Source of the DNA: a virus
Length of the DNA: 64,000 bases
Strand: one strand, 5' to 3'
Virus record (IMG/VR): IMGVR_UViG_3300037346_000220
Coordinates: 47,268 to 111,267 of that record
In this document: positions 17,265-26,503 of the stretch, piece by piece
Numbering within the stretch: position 1 is the stretch's first letter
How the letters are laid out: each line of letters opens with the position of its first letter
Made by a program: the position numbers and the translations under genes
Notes under the pieces: generated by a model
What the model was told of the DNA's origin: nothing
The model's database searches: none
The model's input: only the letters and a program-made list of their open reading frames with translations

Positions 17265-18865
17265 TGACTGACTACGAAGTTCCATTTATTCAGGCAAACT
17301 TAGATCAAGAACAAAAGTCCGAAGACTTATTTAAAAAGCAAGACCCGTTTAACAAAAGCTGGGACATGCTTAAGGGCTTGGTCAACATCGAGCCAAATTT
17401 TAAGCGTAGAACTAGCAGAATCTCCAAAATTGCACCACCTACAGACAACTATCTCGCAACAGCAAGAGCAATTCCTACAGGTGAAGGCGCAGCCTCAAAA
17501 GAGATTAATCCTGGAAGTGTATACAATAATGGCTACGGACTCTTTGACGTAATCACACCACCATGGAATCTTTACGAGCTAGCGAACTACTATGATACCT
17601 CGTTTGCGAACCACGCAGCTATTGACGCAAAGGTCGAAAACATTGTGGGCCTGGGTTATGATTTTGAGACAAACCAGAGAACAATGCTGAAGCTTGAGAT
17701 GAACAACGACAAAGAGGCCACAGCAAGAGCTAGGAAGAGAATTCAGAGAGTAAAGGTTGAGCTTAGAGATTGGCTAGAGAACCTAAACGATCAAGACTCA
17801 ATGACTCACACACTCATGAAGTTCTATACAGATGTGCAAGCAACTGGAAATGGCTACCTAGAAGTAGGTCGTAAAACAAACGGAGACATTGGTTATGTGG
17901 GACACATCCCAGCTACGACCATGAGAGTACGTAGACTCCGTGATGGTTACGTACAGATTATTGGTCAAAAGATTGTGTACTTCAGAAACTTTGGGGCAAA
18001 GAACAAGAACCCTATAACCACTGACCCAAGGCCCAATGAAATTCTTCATTACAAAGAGTACTCGCCTCTTAATACGTTTTACGGTATTCCAGACATAATG
18101 TCTGCCATATCTTCCTTACACGGAGATCAACTTGCAAGTCAGTACAACATTGATTACTTTGCTAACAAAGCAACTCCAAGATACATTGTTACTCTTAAGG
18201 GTGCAAAGCTTTCAAGCGATGCCGAAGATAAGCTATTCAGATTCTTACAGACTAGCCTAAAAGGTCAGTCCCACAGAACACTGTACATTCCTCTACCAGG
18301 AGATACAGAGAATAGCAAGGTAGAGTTTAAAATGGAACCCATAGAGAACGGTGTCCAGGAAGCCTCATTCAATGAGTACCGAATGCGAAATCGTGACGAT
18401 ATCCTTGTAGCCCACCAGGTACCTCTTTCTAAGATTGGAGGAGGAGACGGAGCAAGCATTGCAGCAGCTCTCGCTCAAGACCGTACGTTTAAAGAGCAGG
18501 TAGCCAGACCAGCACAGACAAATCTAGAAAAAATGCTCAACAGGATTGTTCGTGAAAAGACAGACATCTTAGAATTAGCTTTTAACGAACTAACTCTGAC
18601 GGATGAAATTGCTCAGTCACAGATTCTAGAGACATATGTAAAGACTCAGGTCATGACTCCTAACGAAGCAAGAGAGGCCTTAGGATTGCCACAACGACCA
18701 GATGGAGATAAAATGTTTGACTTATCTCCTCGCCAAGCAACCGACGCAAGAGCCAACCTTGCACAAAACCGTGAAAGAGATAGTGAAAGATCTAATAACC
18801 AGGCAGATTCATCTGGTACAATAGATGGTAGGAATGCACAAGGAGAGGGTAGGGCCAGTAACTAG
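17264..18865 (+). CDS. Portal protein
   Basis: TGNGYLEV, EILHYK...YGIP, YFANKATP, ILVAHQVP and MTPNEARExLGLP motifs of HK97/PBSX-type portals. Confidence 0.93.
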   Translation: MTDYEVPFIQANLDQEQKSEDLFKKQDPFNKSWDMLKGLVNIEPNFKRRTSRISKIAPPTDNYLATARAIPTGEGAASKEINPGSVYNNGYGLFDVITPPWNLYELANYYDTSFANHAAIDAKVENIVGLGYDFETNQRTMLKLEMNNDKEATARARKRIQRVKVELRDWLENLNDQDSMTHTLMKFYTDVQATGNGYLEVGRKTNGDIGYVGHIPATTMRVRRLRDGYVQIIGQKIVYFRNFGAKNKNPITTDPRPNEILHYKEYSPLNTFYGIPDIMSAISSLHGDQLASQYNIDYFANKATPRYIVTLKGAKLSSDAEDKLFRFLQTSLKGQSHRTLYIPLPGDTENSKVEFKMEPIENGVQEASFNEYRMRNRDDILVAHQVPLSKIGGGDGASIAAALAQDRTFKEQVARPAQTNLEKMLNRIVREKTDILELAFNELTLTDEIAQSQILETYVKTQVMTPNEAREALGLPQRPDGDKMFDLSPRQATDARANLAQNRERDSERSNNQADSSGTIDGRNAQGEGRASN

Positions 18866-18924
18866 TTTTTGCTAATATTACAAAAACGTAACAATTTAGC
18901 AAAAAGGGTCTATAATATAGTAGT

Positions 18925-20292
18925 ATGACTATTTTAAAAGCACAGTGGGATTCAGACGGCGATAAGCTGCGACTTTCAATGCCCTTTTCCAAGGTTGATA
19001 AAGAGCGTAGAATTGTGTCTGGGTTTGCCACTTTAGACAACGTAGACAAGCAAGATGACATAGTCACTGCCGATGCCAGCCTCGACGCATTTAAAAGATT
19101 TCGTGGGAATATTAGAGAGATGCACCAGCCACTAGCAGTTGGCAAGATGGTAGCTTTTAAAGAAGACAAATACTTTGACCCAGAAAGCAACAAGTTCTTT
19201 TCTGGAGTTTACGTTTCTGCTTACGTATCTAAGGGTGCACAAGACACTTGGGAAAAGGTTCTAGACGGAACCCTTTCTGGTTTTTCCATTGGTGGGAGAA
19301 TGAACAAGTGGGACGACGCTTATGATGCAAAGATGGACAAGCCTATTCGTATTATTAAAGAGTACGACTTAGTAGAGCTCTCCTTGGTAGATACCCCAGC
19401 AAACCAGTTTGCAAACATTCTGTCCGTTGAAAAAGTAGACGGAGCTGACGTTCTTAAAGGCGATTTTGTAGACATCGAGATAGAAAATGTCTTCTACGAT
19501 GAAGAGTCTGGACTCGTTGTTCTCTCAACAGAAGAGACAGCTCAAACCCCTATTGATGGTTCTGAAATGAAGAACATAGGTTTCGTTGAAAAGAATGATA
19601 ACGAAAAAACAGAAATGATGAAGTTCTTAGTTGATAGTGCTAAAGGCATTAATCTTTCTAAGATGACAAAGGAGGTAAGTCCTATGACTGACAAAATGAA
19701 TGAGGTAGCAGAAGCTGCCGTAACAAAGTCAGATGAGGTCGCTCCAGAGGCAGATGCCCTAGTAGAAGCAGTAGCTACAGAAGATGTAGCAAAAGCAGAC
19801 ACACCAGAGGTTGCAAAGACAGAGAACATGGAAGAAGACGAAGAAAAGTCTTACTCAGATGATGAGGAAGAAAAGAAGAAGTCTGAAACTATGGATGAGG
19901 AAGAAGAAGAAATCAAGACTGCAAAGTCAGATTCTCCAGAAGCCACTGTTGAAGTAACTGAAGAGGTATCAAAATCAGATGATGTATCAAGTGGGATAGC
20001 AGAGCTAACTTCTACAGTTACATCAGCCTTTAGCGATCTGACAGCAGTCGTAAAATCTCTAAATGAGGAGATTGCTGATCTGAAGAAATCACTAGGCCTA
20101 GCAACTGCAAAACTTGAGGATGCAGAAGTTGGTTTTAATGAGCTTGGGAAGAGGGTAGACGCAGTTGAGTCTGACACCGCTTTCCGCAAATCTGGCGATC
20201 TCGGCGAGATTGTACAGGAAACTCAGATGGAAAAATCTGAGCAATCCCTATGGGGCGGTCGTTTCCTCAAAACTGCCGATTTATTTAAATGA
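18925..20292 (+). CDS. Prohead protease fused to a scaffolding domain
   Basis: RIVSGFA...DKQDD, REMH, GFSIGG and ELSLVDTPAN motifs, followed by an acidic/coiled-coil C-terminal half. Confidence 0.9.
   Translation: MTILKAQWDSDGDKLRLSMPFSKVDKERRIVSGFATLDNVDKQDDIVTADASLDAFKRFRGNIREMHQPLAVGKMVAFKEDKYFDPESNKFFSGVYVSAYVSKGAQDTWEKVLDGTLSGFSIGGRMNKWDDAYDAKMDKPIRIIKEYDLVELSLVDTPANQFANILSVEKVDGADVLKGDFVDIEIENVFYDEESGLVVLSTEETAQTPIDGSEMKNIGFVEKNDNEKTEMMKFLVDSAKGINLSKMTKEVSPMTDKMNEVAEAAVTKSDEVAPEADALVEAVATEDVAKADTPEVAKTENMEEDEEKSYSDDEEEKKKSETMDEEEEEIKTAKSDSPEATVEVTEEVSKSDDVSSGIAELTSTVTSAFSDLTAVVKSLNEEIADLKKSLGLATAKLEDAEVGFNELGKRVDAVESDTAFRKSGDLGEIVQETQMEKSEQSLWGGRFLKTADLFK
19684..20292 (+). CDS. Nested in-frame scaffolding protein (internal start)
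   Basis: Strong SD aaggaggt (19669-19676) lies 7 nt before in-frame ATG 19684, at the protease/scaffold boundary. Confidence 0.65.
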   Translation: MTDKMNEVAEAAVTKSDEVAPEADALVEAVATEDVAKADTPEVAKTENMEEDEEKSYSDDEEEKKKSETMDEEEEEIKTAKSDSPEATVEVTEEVSKSDDVSSGIAELTSTVTSAFSDLTAVVKSLNEEIADLKKSLGLATAKLEDAEVGFNELGKRVDAVESDTAFRKSGDLGEIVQETQMEKSEQSLWGGRFLKTADLFK

Positions 20293-20324
20293 ATAAACTA
20301 AACAATCACTTAGGAGGTGACAAT

Positions 20325-21446
20325 ATGTCGGAAGAAATTATCAAGAACAACCCAGACACAGCTGGCGACGACTCAGGACTATATAACGGAGAAGGTGCTT
20401 TTGCTTCTGGAGGTATTGGTGGAGTAACTACTCCTGGAGCTTCAACTCTAGGAAATATTCCAACTGCAAACATGGGAGTAACAAGCGGTGGTAATGCCGT
20501 CAACCCTTCTGGTGATGCTGGTAGTGGTATCCTACGCCCTGAACAGGCACGTCGTTTTATTGACTACGTATGGGATGCAACAGTTCTCGCCAAGGATGGT
20601 CGTCGTGTTACAATGCGAGCGAACACCATGGAGCTAGAAAAGGTTAATGTTGGAGAGCGTGTTATCCGTGCAGCAGCACAGGCAACTGGCGACTACAACA
20701 ACACAGGCGCTACCTTTACAAAGGTAGAGCTAACCACAAAGAAGATTCGTTTGGACTGGGAAGTCTCTGCTGAATCACTAGAGGATGGAGTCGAGGGCGC
20801 AGCCCTAGAGGATCACCTAGTACGTCTAATGACAGGTGCTTTTGCAAATGACATCGAGGACCTAGCCATCAACGGCGACGGTACTACTGGTGACTTCTTG
20901 TCAATCATGGACGGGTTCGTAAACAGGTCTAAGACTGGTGGAGCACACGAGTCAATAGTTACTGTAGAGAACAACTCATGGACCCCAGAGGTCATGCAGA
21001 ACCTTATCCTGGCTATGCCACGTAAGTACCGTGCTATCAAGAACAACCTAAAGTTCTATGCAGGTACAGACGCATTCCAGGGTATCGTTAAGAACAACGG
21101 AACACTTGCAGACGCTATTGCTGAGGCCTTCGGATCTCACCCAGGCGCTGCTGGTACTCCATCGGGACGTGACCGTTACCTAGACGGCGCAGACCAGACA
21201 TTCGGTGGAGCTCGCTCTACCCGTGTTCTTGGTGTGCAGGTACAAGAAGTACCTTACTACCCAGCTGGCTTCGTTGATCTAACCTTCCCACAGAACCGTG
21301 TTTGGGGTTTCCAGAGAGACATCACTGTAAACCGTGAGTACAAGGCTAAGAAGGACACCATTGAGTACACCGTATTCGTACGTTTCGGTATTCAGTGGGA
21401 AGAAGAGGACGCAATTGCTTGGGCTGACGCTGCAGCAGATGCATAA
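20325..21446 (+). CDS. Major capsid protein (HK97 fold)
   Basis: SD aggaggtga. Contains GILRPEQARRFID, VELTTKKIRL and FANDIEDLAINGDG. It follows the protease and precedes a terminator. Confidence 0.92.
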   Translation: MSEEIIKNNPDTAGDDSGLYNGEGAFASGGIGGVTTPGASTLGNIPTANMGVTSGGNAVNPSGDAGSGILRPEQARRFIDYVWDATVLAKDGRRVTMRANTMELEKVNVGERVIRAAAQATGDYNNTGATFTKVELTTKKIRLDWEVSAESLEDGVEGAALEDHLVRLMTGAFANDIEDLAINGDGTTGDFLSIMDGFVNRSKTGGAHESIVTVENNSWTPEVMQNLILAMPRKYRAIKNNLKFYAGTDAFQGIVKNNGTLADAIAEAFGSHPGAAGTPSGRDRYLDGADQTFGGARSTRVLGVQVQEVPYYPAGFVDLTFPQNRVWGFQRDITVNREYKAKKDTIEYTVFVRFGIQWEEEDAIAWADAAADA

Positions 21447-21465
21447 TCTATAACTAAATAACCTT

Positions 21466-21504
21466 AAGGGGGGCTGGGGCATCTCGCCCTGGCCCTCTTT
21501 TTTT
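21466..21504 (+). terminator. Intrinsic terminator after the capsid gene
   Basis: aaggggggctggggc-atctc-gccctggccctctt followed by a T run. Confidence 0.85.
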
Positions 21505-21552
21505 ACTTAATTCAGTGATATAATTATCATATAGAAAGCAAAGGAGAATCAA

Positions 21553-22041
21553 ATGTCAGATTTCAAAGAACACGCCCGTGACGGCGACGGAGACGGTCTA
21601 GTTCAGGACGGTACAGAATGGGAACGTCCAGTGGCAGAAGAGGCAGAAGAGGCTCAAAAAGAGTCAGAAGCTGAACTGTTCGCAGAAGAGCTAGGAATTG
21701 AGGCTTCTGTTTCAGAAGCTGTAGAGGAAGAGTCAGTAATCAGTACTCCTACTTATAAGTCAGATAAGGGCTCAAAAAAGAAAGCTATGACTTCAGTAGC
21801 TGACGGAGTAATTGGAACCGACGTTCCGTCAAAGCCAAAAGCCAAGGTTACCAACCAGGTAAAGAACATTACAGACAAGACAGTAGCTATCTACTCTGGT
21901 CGTAATGTCCGCTGGGAAGGTGTTGGAAAGATCAACAAGGGTTACAACATCTTAGACCCTGAGACTGCAGATCTATGGATCGGTAAGCTGTCTCACGTTA
22001 GACTTGCTACTCCAGAAGAGGTTTCTAGGGAACTAGGCTAA
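21553..22041 (+). CDS. Hypothetical head-associated protein with a DxDxDG motif
   Basis: DGDGDGLVQDGT Ca-binding-like loop; SD aaggag; own -10 element. Confidence 0.6.
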   Translation: MSDFKEHARDGDGDGLVQDGTEWERPVAEEAEEAQKESEAELFAEELGIEASVSEAVEEESVISTPTYKSDKGSKKKAMTSVADGVIGTDVPSKPKAKVTNQVKNITDKTVAIYSGRNVRWEGVGKINKGYNILDPETADLWIGKLSHVRLATPEEVSRELG

Positions 22042-22045
22042 CCTC

Positions 22046-22933
22046 ATGGAGATATTGAGGGTTCCACCATATAACACCATTAGTGCATCGATAGATGTCT
22101 CTGTCGCAGGAGATTCCTACGAGGTGTCTATTATTAATATGGTGGACTCCTCTTTATCAACAGTCACAGTAGTAGCATCAGCAAATTCAAAAGTTGCTAT
22201 TCCGCTACCTTCAGACTATGACTCAGAGTTTTTGTTACAGATAGATGAAGAAGAGCACCAAGTAGAAGTTACAAGACCATACGTAAACCCCAAGACTAAA
22301 GCCGACACCGCATCAGCAATCGCAGAGTATGCAGGTAACGAAGAGATCGCAAGAGCAATAATTGACTCGATCATAAAAGAAGGATTCTATTACAAAAAGC
22401 ATGTTCTAGAGATGATAGGAATGGGTTCAGACTACTTGCCTATATGGGTAGAGTCAAGAAAAGTTTTGCAGGTGTACGAGAACAACGTTCTTATCTTTGA
22501 TGCCTCTGCCCCCTCCTCATACTCCAGAGCATTTGCAATCTCTGCAGATAAGACATCGGTCATAGAAACTACTTATGACGCTGGAAGCGTAAATCGTTTA
22601 GAAAGTGCGGTAATCATGATCCCACTAGCAGCTACAGACTCCAACCACATGACATATTACAACAGTGGCTTTGTTAAGAATTCAGACTATAAGGTTATCT
22701 TGGCAGCAGGATACAAAAACGTACCATCAGACATCGTAAAAGCCACCGAGCTTTTAGTAGAGGATATTTCGTGTGGCAAGTTGGACTATTACAAAAGGTA
22801 CATATCAGATTACAGCACTGACCAGTTTAAGATAAAGTTTGATAACCGAGTATTCGAAGGAACAGGAAACATAATGGTAGATAAAATACTTTCAAAGTAT
22901 TACAAGTCTATCACTAGACTAGGGGTCCTGTAG
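22046..22933 (+). CDS. Head-tail adaptor (putative)
   Basis: Position after the capsid gene; AGYKNVPSDIVKAT...VDKILSKY resembles gp6/gp15-type adaptors. Confidence 0.65.
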   Translation: MEILRVPPYNTISASIDVSVAGDSYEVSIINMVDSSLSTVTVVASANSKVAIPLPSDYDSEFLLQIDEEEHQVEVTRPYVNPKTKADTASAIAEYAGNEEIARAIIDSIIKEGFYYKKHVLEMIGMGSDYLPIWVESRKVLQVYENNVLIFDASAPSSYSRAFAISADKTSVIETTYDAGSVNRLESAVIMIPLAATDSNHMTYYNSGFVKNSDYKVILAAGYKNVPSDIVKATELLVEDISCGKLDYYKRYISDYSTDQFKIKFDNRVFEGTGNIMVDKILSKYYKSITRLGVL

Positions 22934-22934
22934 C

Positions 22935-23384
22935 ATGTCCGTAAATGAGACCCCAGATTTCTTGTACCCCACATTGGCAACAGTTTTCTACCCCTTAGTT
23001 GAGCAGGGGGCCTACGGAAACATTAAGAAACAGTGGATAGCCGACAGGATAGTTGCTGTGAGCATGAACAGCCAGGGATCTGCCATGAGCGAGGATGTCA
23101 AGCCAAACGTAAACATCACCCAAGAAGTTACCCTCGTGGGAAGAACGAAGACAGACCTGAGAGTCTCCAGTAAGCTTGCAAAGACTTCAATAACAAACAT
23201 CGTAGTTAGTAATTTTTGTGACAAGAATGGGAATCAGATCTATATCGAGACAGCAGGCATTAGGATAGGGAAGTCAACCATATTTGAGGTAGCTGGTCAA
23301 GAGCCATTCCTAGGACCTTTCGGCAACGTAGAGTATTACAAGGTTATGCTTAAAAGATCTGAGAACCAGTCAGTAGATATTTAA
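22935..23384 (+). CDS. Head-tail stopper (putative)
   Basis: Synteny, size and a YGNIKKQW pattern. Confidence 0.5.
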   Translation: MSVNETPDFLYPTLATVFYPLVEQGAYGNIKKQWIADRIVAVSMNSQGSAMSEDVKPNVNITQEVTLVGRTKTDLRVSSKLAKTSITNIVVSNFCDKNGNQIYIETAGIRIGKSTIFEVAGQEPFLGPFGNVEYYKVMLKRSENQSVDI

Positions 23385-24062
23385 ATGAAAGTCTCGTATA
23401 ACACGGCAAAGTTTGCCAGAGAGATGAATAACATCATAGACTACTCCATAGGCTTTCTCGAGGGTGCCCAAAAGGGAAAGACCATGTTCCTGAGGAACCT
23501 AGGAGAGAACGCCACAGAGATAATGAAAGAGTTCGTGGACTCAAGTGCTAGGATAAATCCAGAGTCTCTTCACCACGTATATGAGTGGTACAAGAACGGC
23601 AGCCCAGAAGCCAGACTCTTTGATATAAACTATACAGTTAGTAACTTGGGACTCTCTTTTAAGTCATCACTTAGCCAGTCTTCATCAGTAAAAGCTGGAT
23701 CGAAAGTACCATTTTATGACAAGGCGAGAATCATGGAAGAGGGTATTCCTGTTACCATAAGGCCCGTTTCATCTCAAGTTCTAGTTTTTGACGTGGATGG
23801 AGAGACTGTGTTTACAAAAAAAGAAATCAGAGTAGAAAATCCAGGTGGAGTAGAAGTCCAAGGATCTTTGGAAAGAACGCTAGACATGTTTATGAGACAA
23901 TACTTTACTCAAGCATTCCTGTATAATAGTGGTATAGCAAAACACTTTAGCAATGGCACCATGTTTAAGAATAACATGAGATCGGGCAAGAGTCTAGGTA
24001 AGCCAAAAGGTATTGAGACAGGCTATCGCTGGATCGTTAACGTATCAAAGGGAGCTCTATAA
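23385..24062 (+). CDS. Neck/tail-completion protein (putative)
   Basis: Synteny; ARIMEEG...I.P...VLVF motif. Confidence 0.5.
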   Translation: MKVSYNTAKFAREMNNIIDYSIGFLEGAQKGKTMFLRNLGENATEIMKEFVDSSARINPESLHHVYEWYKNGSPEARLFDINYTVSNLGLSFKSSLSQSSSVKAGSKVPFYDKARIMEEGIPVTIRPVSSQVLVFDVDGETVFTKKEIRVENPGGVEVQGSLERTLDMFMRQYFTQAFLYNSGIAKHFSNGTMFKNNMRSGKSLGKPKGIETGYRWIVNVSKGAL

Positions 24063-24619
24063 TGACAATTTTTTATCCACCAGCTTTTATTAATGGATAC
24101 ATGAAAGAAAAGATTACGGATTACTTTTCTGAGAATCCCCTCAACGGGTTTACGGGTGACACTAACCTGCCCTTCTTCCCCACCAGTCCTACAGCTATAG
24201 AAGACTTGACAGCAAGCTTCCCAAATGGTGGTGGGCAGTTCGCAGTCTACGATAGAATGATGAAAATGAGAAGGTCCCCATTCCCACACATCAAGTCAGA
24301 GCAGCTGCTTTATTACTTCTATGCAACTGGAGAAAATCCCATTCCGTTCATGATCGAGCTAGCTCAAAAGGTTCAAGACCTTCTAGACAATGAGGATGAG
24401 TCTGCTCAAGATCTTAATGCTTGGATAAAAGCAAAGCAGTCTTCAGCATCACCTCTAGTCGATGATTCAGGAACCCCACTCCCCCTTCCATTCTTTCACA
24501 AGATAAAAATTTACCAGCTTGAAGAGAGCAGAGACATTGTTGATTTTGGCACAGCCAGAACCTTTGCAGGTAATAAAATAATTATTGACTATGACTGGCA
24601 TAAGAGTAGTTCTTCATAA
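24062..24619 (+). CDS. Tail terminator (putative)
   Basis: Immediately precedes the major tail gene, and the size fits. Confidence 0.45.
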   Translation: MTIFYPPAFINGYMKEKITDYFSENPLNGFTGDTNLPFFPTSPTAIEDLTASFPNGGGQFAVYDRMMKMRRSPFPHIKSEQLLYYFYATGENPIPFMIELAQKVQDLLDNEDESAQDLNAWIKAKQSSASPLVDDSGTPLPLPFFHKIKIYQLEESRDIVDFGTARTFAGNKIIIDYDWHKSSSS

Positions 24620-24624
24620 ACCTC

Positions 24625-24633
24625 TGGTATAAT
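24625..24633 (+). promoter_or_regulatory. Extended -10 promoter for the major tail gene
   Basis: Intergenic TGgTATAAT. Confidence 0.6.
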
Positions 24634-24690
24634 TGTAATTGAGGAAACAAACGCCCTTTCTATCTATTAAGAAAAAGAGGTGAAAGAAAT

Positions 24691-25338
24691 ATGGCATATA
24701 CACGTGGTACGAGTGCAAACATCATTGTTGGTGCAGCAGCTCTATTTACATACGAACTTGGCGAGTTGAATGACGCAGCCATGCCAGCCTACGTTGATAA
24801 CGAATCCCTAAAGGATACGCTTGAGGCAGATGCTGACTTCCGAAATGTTGGTTACACCAGCAACGGACTGGAGCTACAGTTCCAGCCAGACTTCGGAGAA
24901 GTAAGCGTTGACCAGGTACTAGACGTTGCAAAACTTTACAAGCAGGGTATGCAGGTTAACCTGAATACATCGTTTGCAGAGGCAACACTAGAGAACCTAC
25001 TGTTTGCAGTAGCTGGACAGGATGACGACCTAGTCGACGTAGTCGGCACAGGTGGAACATCTTCCACACTAAGCACCCTAAACCTGTCCGCAGGTGACAT
25101 CGGTGAGTGTCCAGTAGAGCGTGGTTTGGTTGCTGTTGGTCCAGGTACAGGAGACTGTGCTGCTGGTTCAGCAATTGAGCGAGTCTATGTTGCATACCGT
25201 GCACTCTCAATCGAGAGCGTTACAGTATCAGCTAAGCGTGACGAAGCAACAATGTTTGAGGTAAGCTTCCGCTTGCTACCAAACAACGCTGCATCATACG
25301 GAAAGATCGTTGACCGCACACTAGAAATGCCTGCGTAA
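24691..25338 (+). CDS. Major tail (tube) protein
   Basis: NIIVGAA, VGYTSNGLEL, VDQVLD and EATLENL motifs. It has its own promoter and terminator and precedes the chaperones and tape measure. Confidence 0.85.
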   Translation: MAYTRGTSANIIVGAAALFTYELGELNDAAMPAYVDNESLKDTLEADADFRNVGYTSNGLELQFQPDFGEVSVDQVLDVAKLYKQGMQVNLNTSFAEATLENLLFAVAGQDDDLVDVVGTGGTSSTLSTLNLSAGDIGECPVERGLVAVGPGTGDCAAGSAIERVYVAYRALSIESVTVSAKRDEATMFEVSFRLLPNNAASYGKIVDRTLEMPA

Positions 25339-25363
25339 GCAGACCAAAAGATTAGTTAGATTT

Positions 25364-25395
25364 CCCCCTAGTGTAATGCTAGGGGGTTTTCTTTT
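25364..25395 (+). terminator. Intrinsic terminator after the tail tube gene
   Basis: ccccctagtg-taa-tgctaggggg followed by ttttctttt. Confidence 0.85.
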
Positions 25396-25403
25396 GCTAT
25401 AAT
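25395..25403 (+). promoter_or_regulatory. Extended -10 promoter, leaderless start of the long chaperone
   Basis: TGcTATAAT-6 nt-ATG(25410), abutting the terminator T tract. Confidence 0.65.
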
Positions 25404-25409
25404 AGAAGC

Positions 25410-26102
25410 ATGGCAACTAGAGTATATAATTCAGGATACGTCTACACAGTAGACGGGGTAGAGATTTACGTAACCCCACTTAAAATAAAGTTTCTCCGTG
25501 ACTTCATGGTTGAGTTCGCAGAGGTAAGGACTTCTAAGGGGGCTAACGATGATGTAGCTCTTAAGCATCTCATAGAGTGCATAAGAATATCTATGAGACA
25601 GTACTGCCCCTCAATAAAGACATCCGAAGAAGTCGAGGACAACTTTGATGTTCAAACTCTTTACGAAATACTCAATTACGCAGCAGACATCAGTCTGAGT
25701 ACAGAAAAGCCTGAGCCAATATCTGATCAGGCTAAAGAGTCAGAAGCAAGCTGGGAAACTTTTGACCTTGCCAGTCTAGAGGCAGAAGCTTTTCTTCTGG
25801 GAATTTGGAAAGACTATGCGGAGTTGGAGAGTTCTATTTCCTTGCCAGAACTAAGTAAGACCATAGAGATGAAGAGAGAGCTTGACTACGCAGAGAAGAA
25901 GTTCTTGGCAGCTATGCAGGGTGTTGACCTGGATGAGCAGACGGGTAAGAAAGAGGCTAACGCATGGGAAGAGATGAAGGCCAGAGTATTCTCACGTGGA
26001 AAGACCTCAGACCCTGACGATATTATAGCCTTACAGGGAAACAACGCTGCAAAGGCTGGTTTCGGTATAGGTATGGGCCTGTCGTATGAGAAGATCGGAT
26101 AA
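25410..26102 (+). CDS. Tail assembly chaperone, long GT-like form
   Basis: The N-half aligns with 26166..26480 (PLK...L.EC..I.MRQY.P) and is followed by an extra C-terminal domain. Confidence 0.7.
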   Translation: MATRVYNSGYVYTVDGVEIYVTPLKIKFLRDFMVEFAEVRTSKGANDDVALKHLIECIRISMRQYCPSIKTSEEVEDNFDVQTLYEILNYAADISLSTEKPEPISDQAKESEASWETFDLASLEAEAFLLGIWKDYAELESSISLPELSKTIEMKRELDYAEKKFLAAMQGVDLDEQTGKKEANAWEEMKARVFSRGKTSDPDDIIALQGNNAAKAGFGIGMGLSYEKIG

Positions 26103-26117
26103 TCCGTCCCCTAACTA

Positions 26118-26126
26118 TGCTATAAT
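26118..26126 (+). promoter_or_regulatory. Extended -10 promoter for the short chaperone and tape measure
   Basis: Intergenic TGcTATAAT. Confidence 0.6.
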
Positions 26127-26165
26127 TGTGTAGACTAATAAAGGTCTATGGAGAGGTAAACACAA

Positions 26166-26480
26166 ATGGCTACAACAACTATCGGGCAAACCGAGATCGA
26201 ACTAATGGATGGAACTAAGCTAACCGTTCGTCCCCTAAAGGTTTCACTGCTACGCTCATTTTTGAAGAAGTTTGGAGAAATTTCTGAGGTTGCTACAGAC
26301 AATGACAAGTCAATGGACATTCTTATGGAGTGTGTGCAGATTGCAATGCGTCAGTACAAGCCAGAAATTGCGGATGATCTAAAGGCTCTTGAAGAGAACC
26401 TAGATCTTCCAACTGTTTACAAGGTGGTAGAAGCAGCATCAGGCATAGTCCTAGATGATGCCAATGTTCTTGCAACATAA
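26166..26480 (+). CDS. Tail assembly chaperone, short G-like form
   Basis: Lies between the tube and tape measure genes; SD ggagagg; paralog of the N-half of 25410..26102. Confidence 0.7.
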   Translation: MATTTIGQTEIELMDGTKLTVRPLKVSLLRSFLKKFGEISEVATDNDKSMDILMECVQIAMRQYKPEIADDLKALEENLDLPTVYKVVEAASGIVLDDANVLAT

Positions 26481-26503
26481 TAATTAACACGAGGTGCTAG
26501 TGA

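Noticed and set aside
26440-26503. Programmed -1 frameshift at the end of the short tail chaperone
   Set aside because: There is no slippery heptamer, and only 23 nt with several stop codons lie before the tape measure start.
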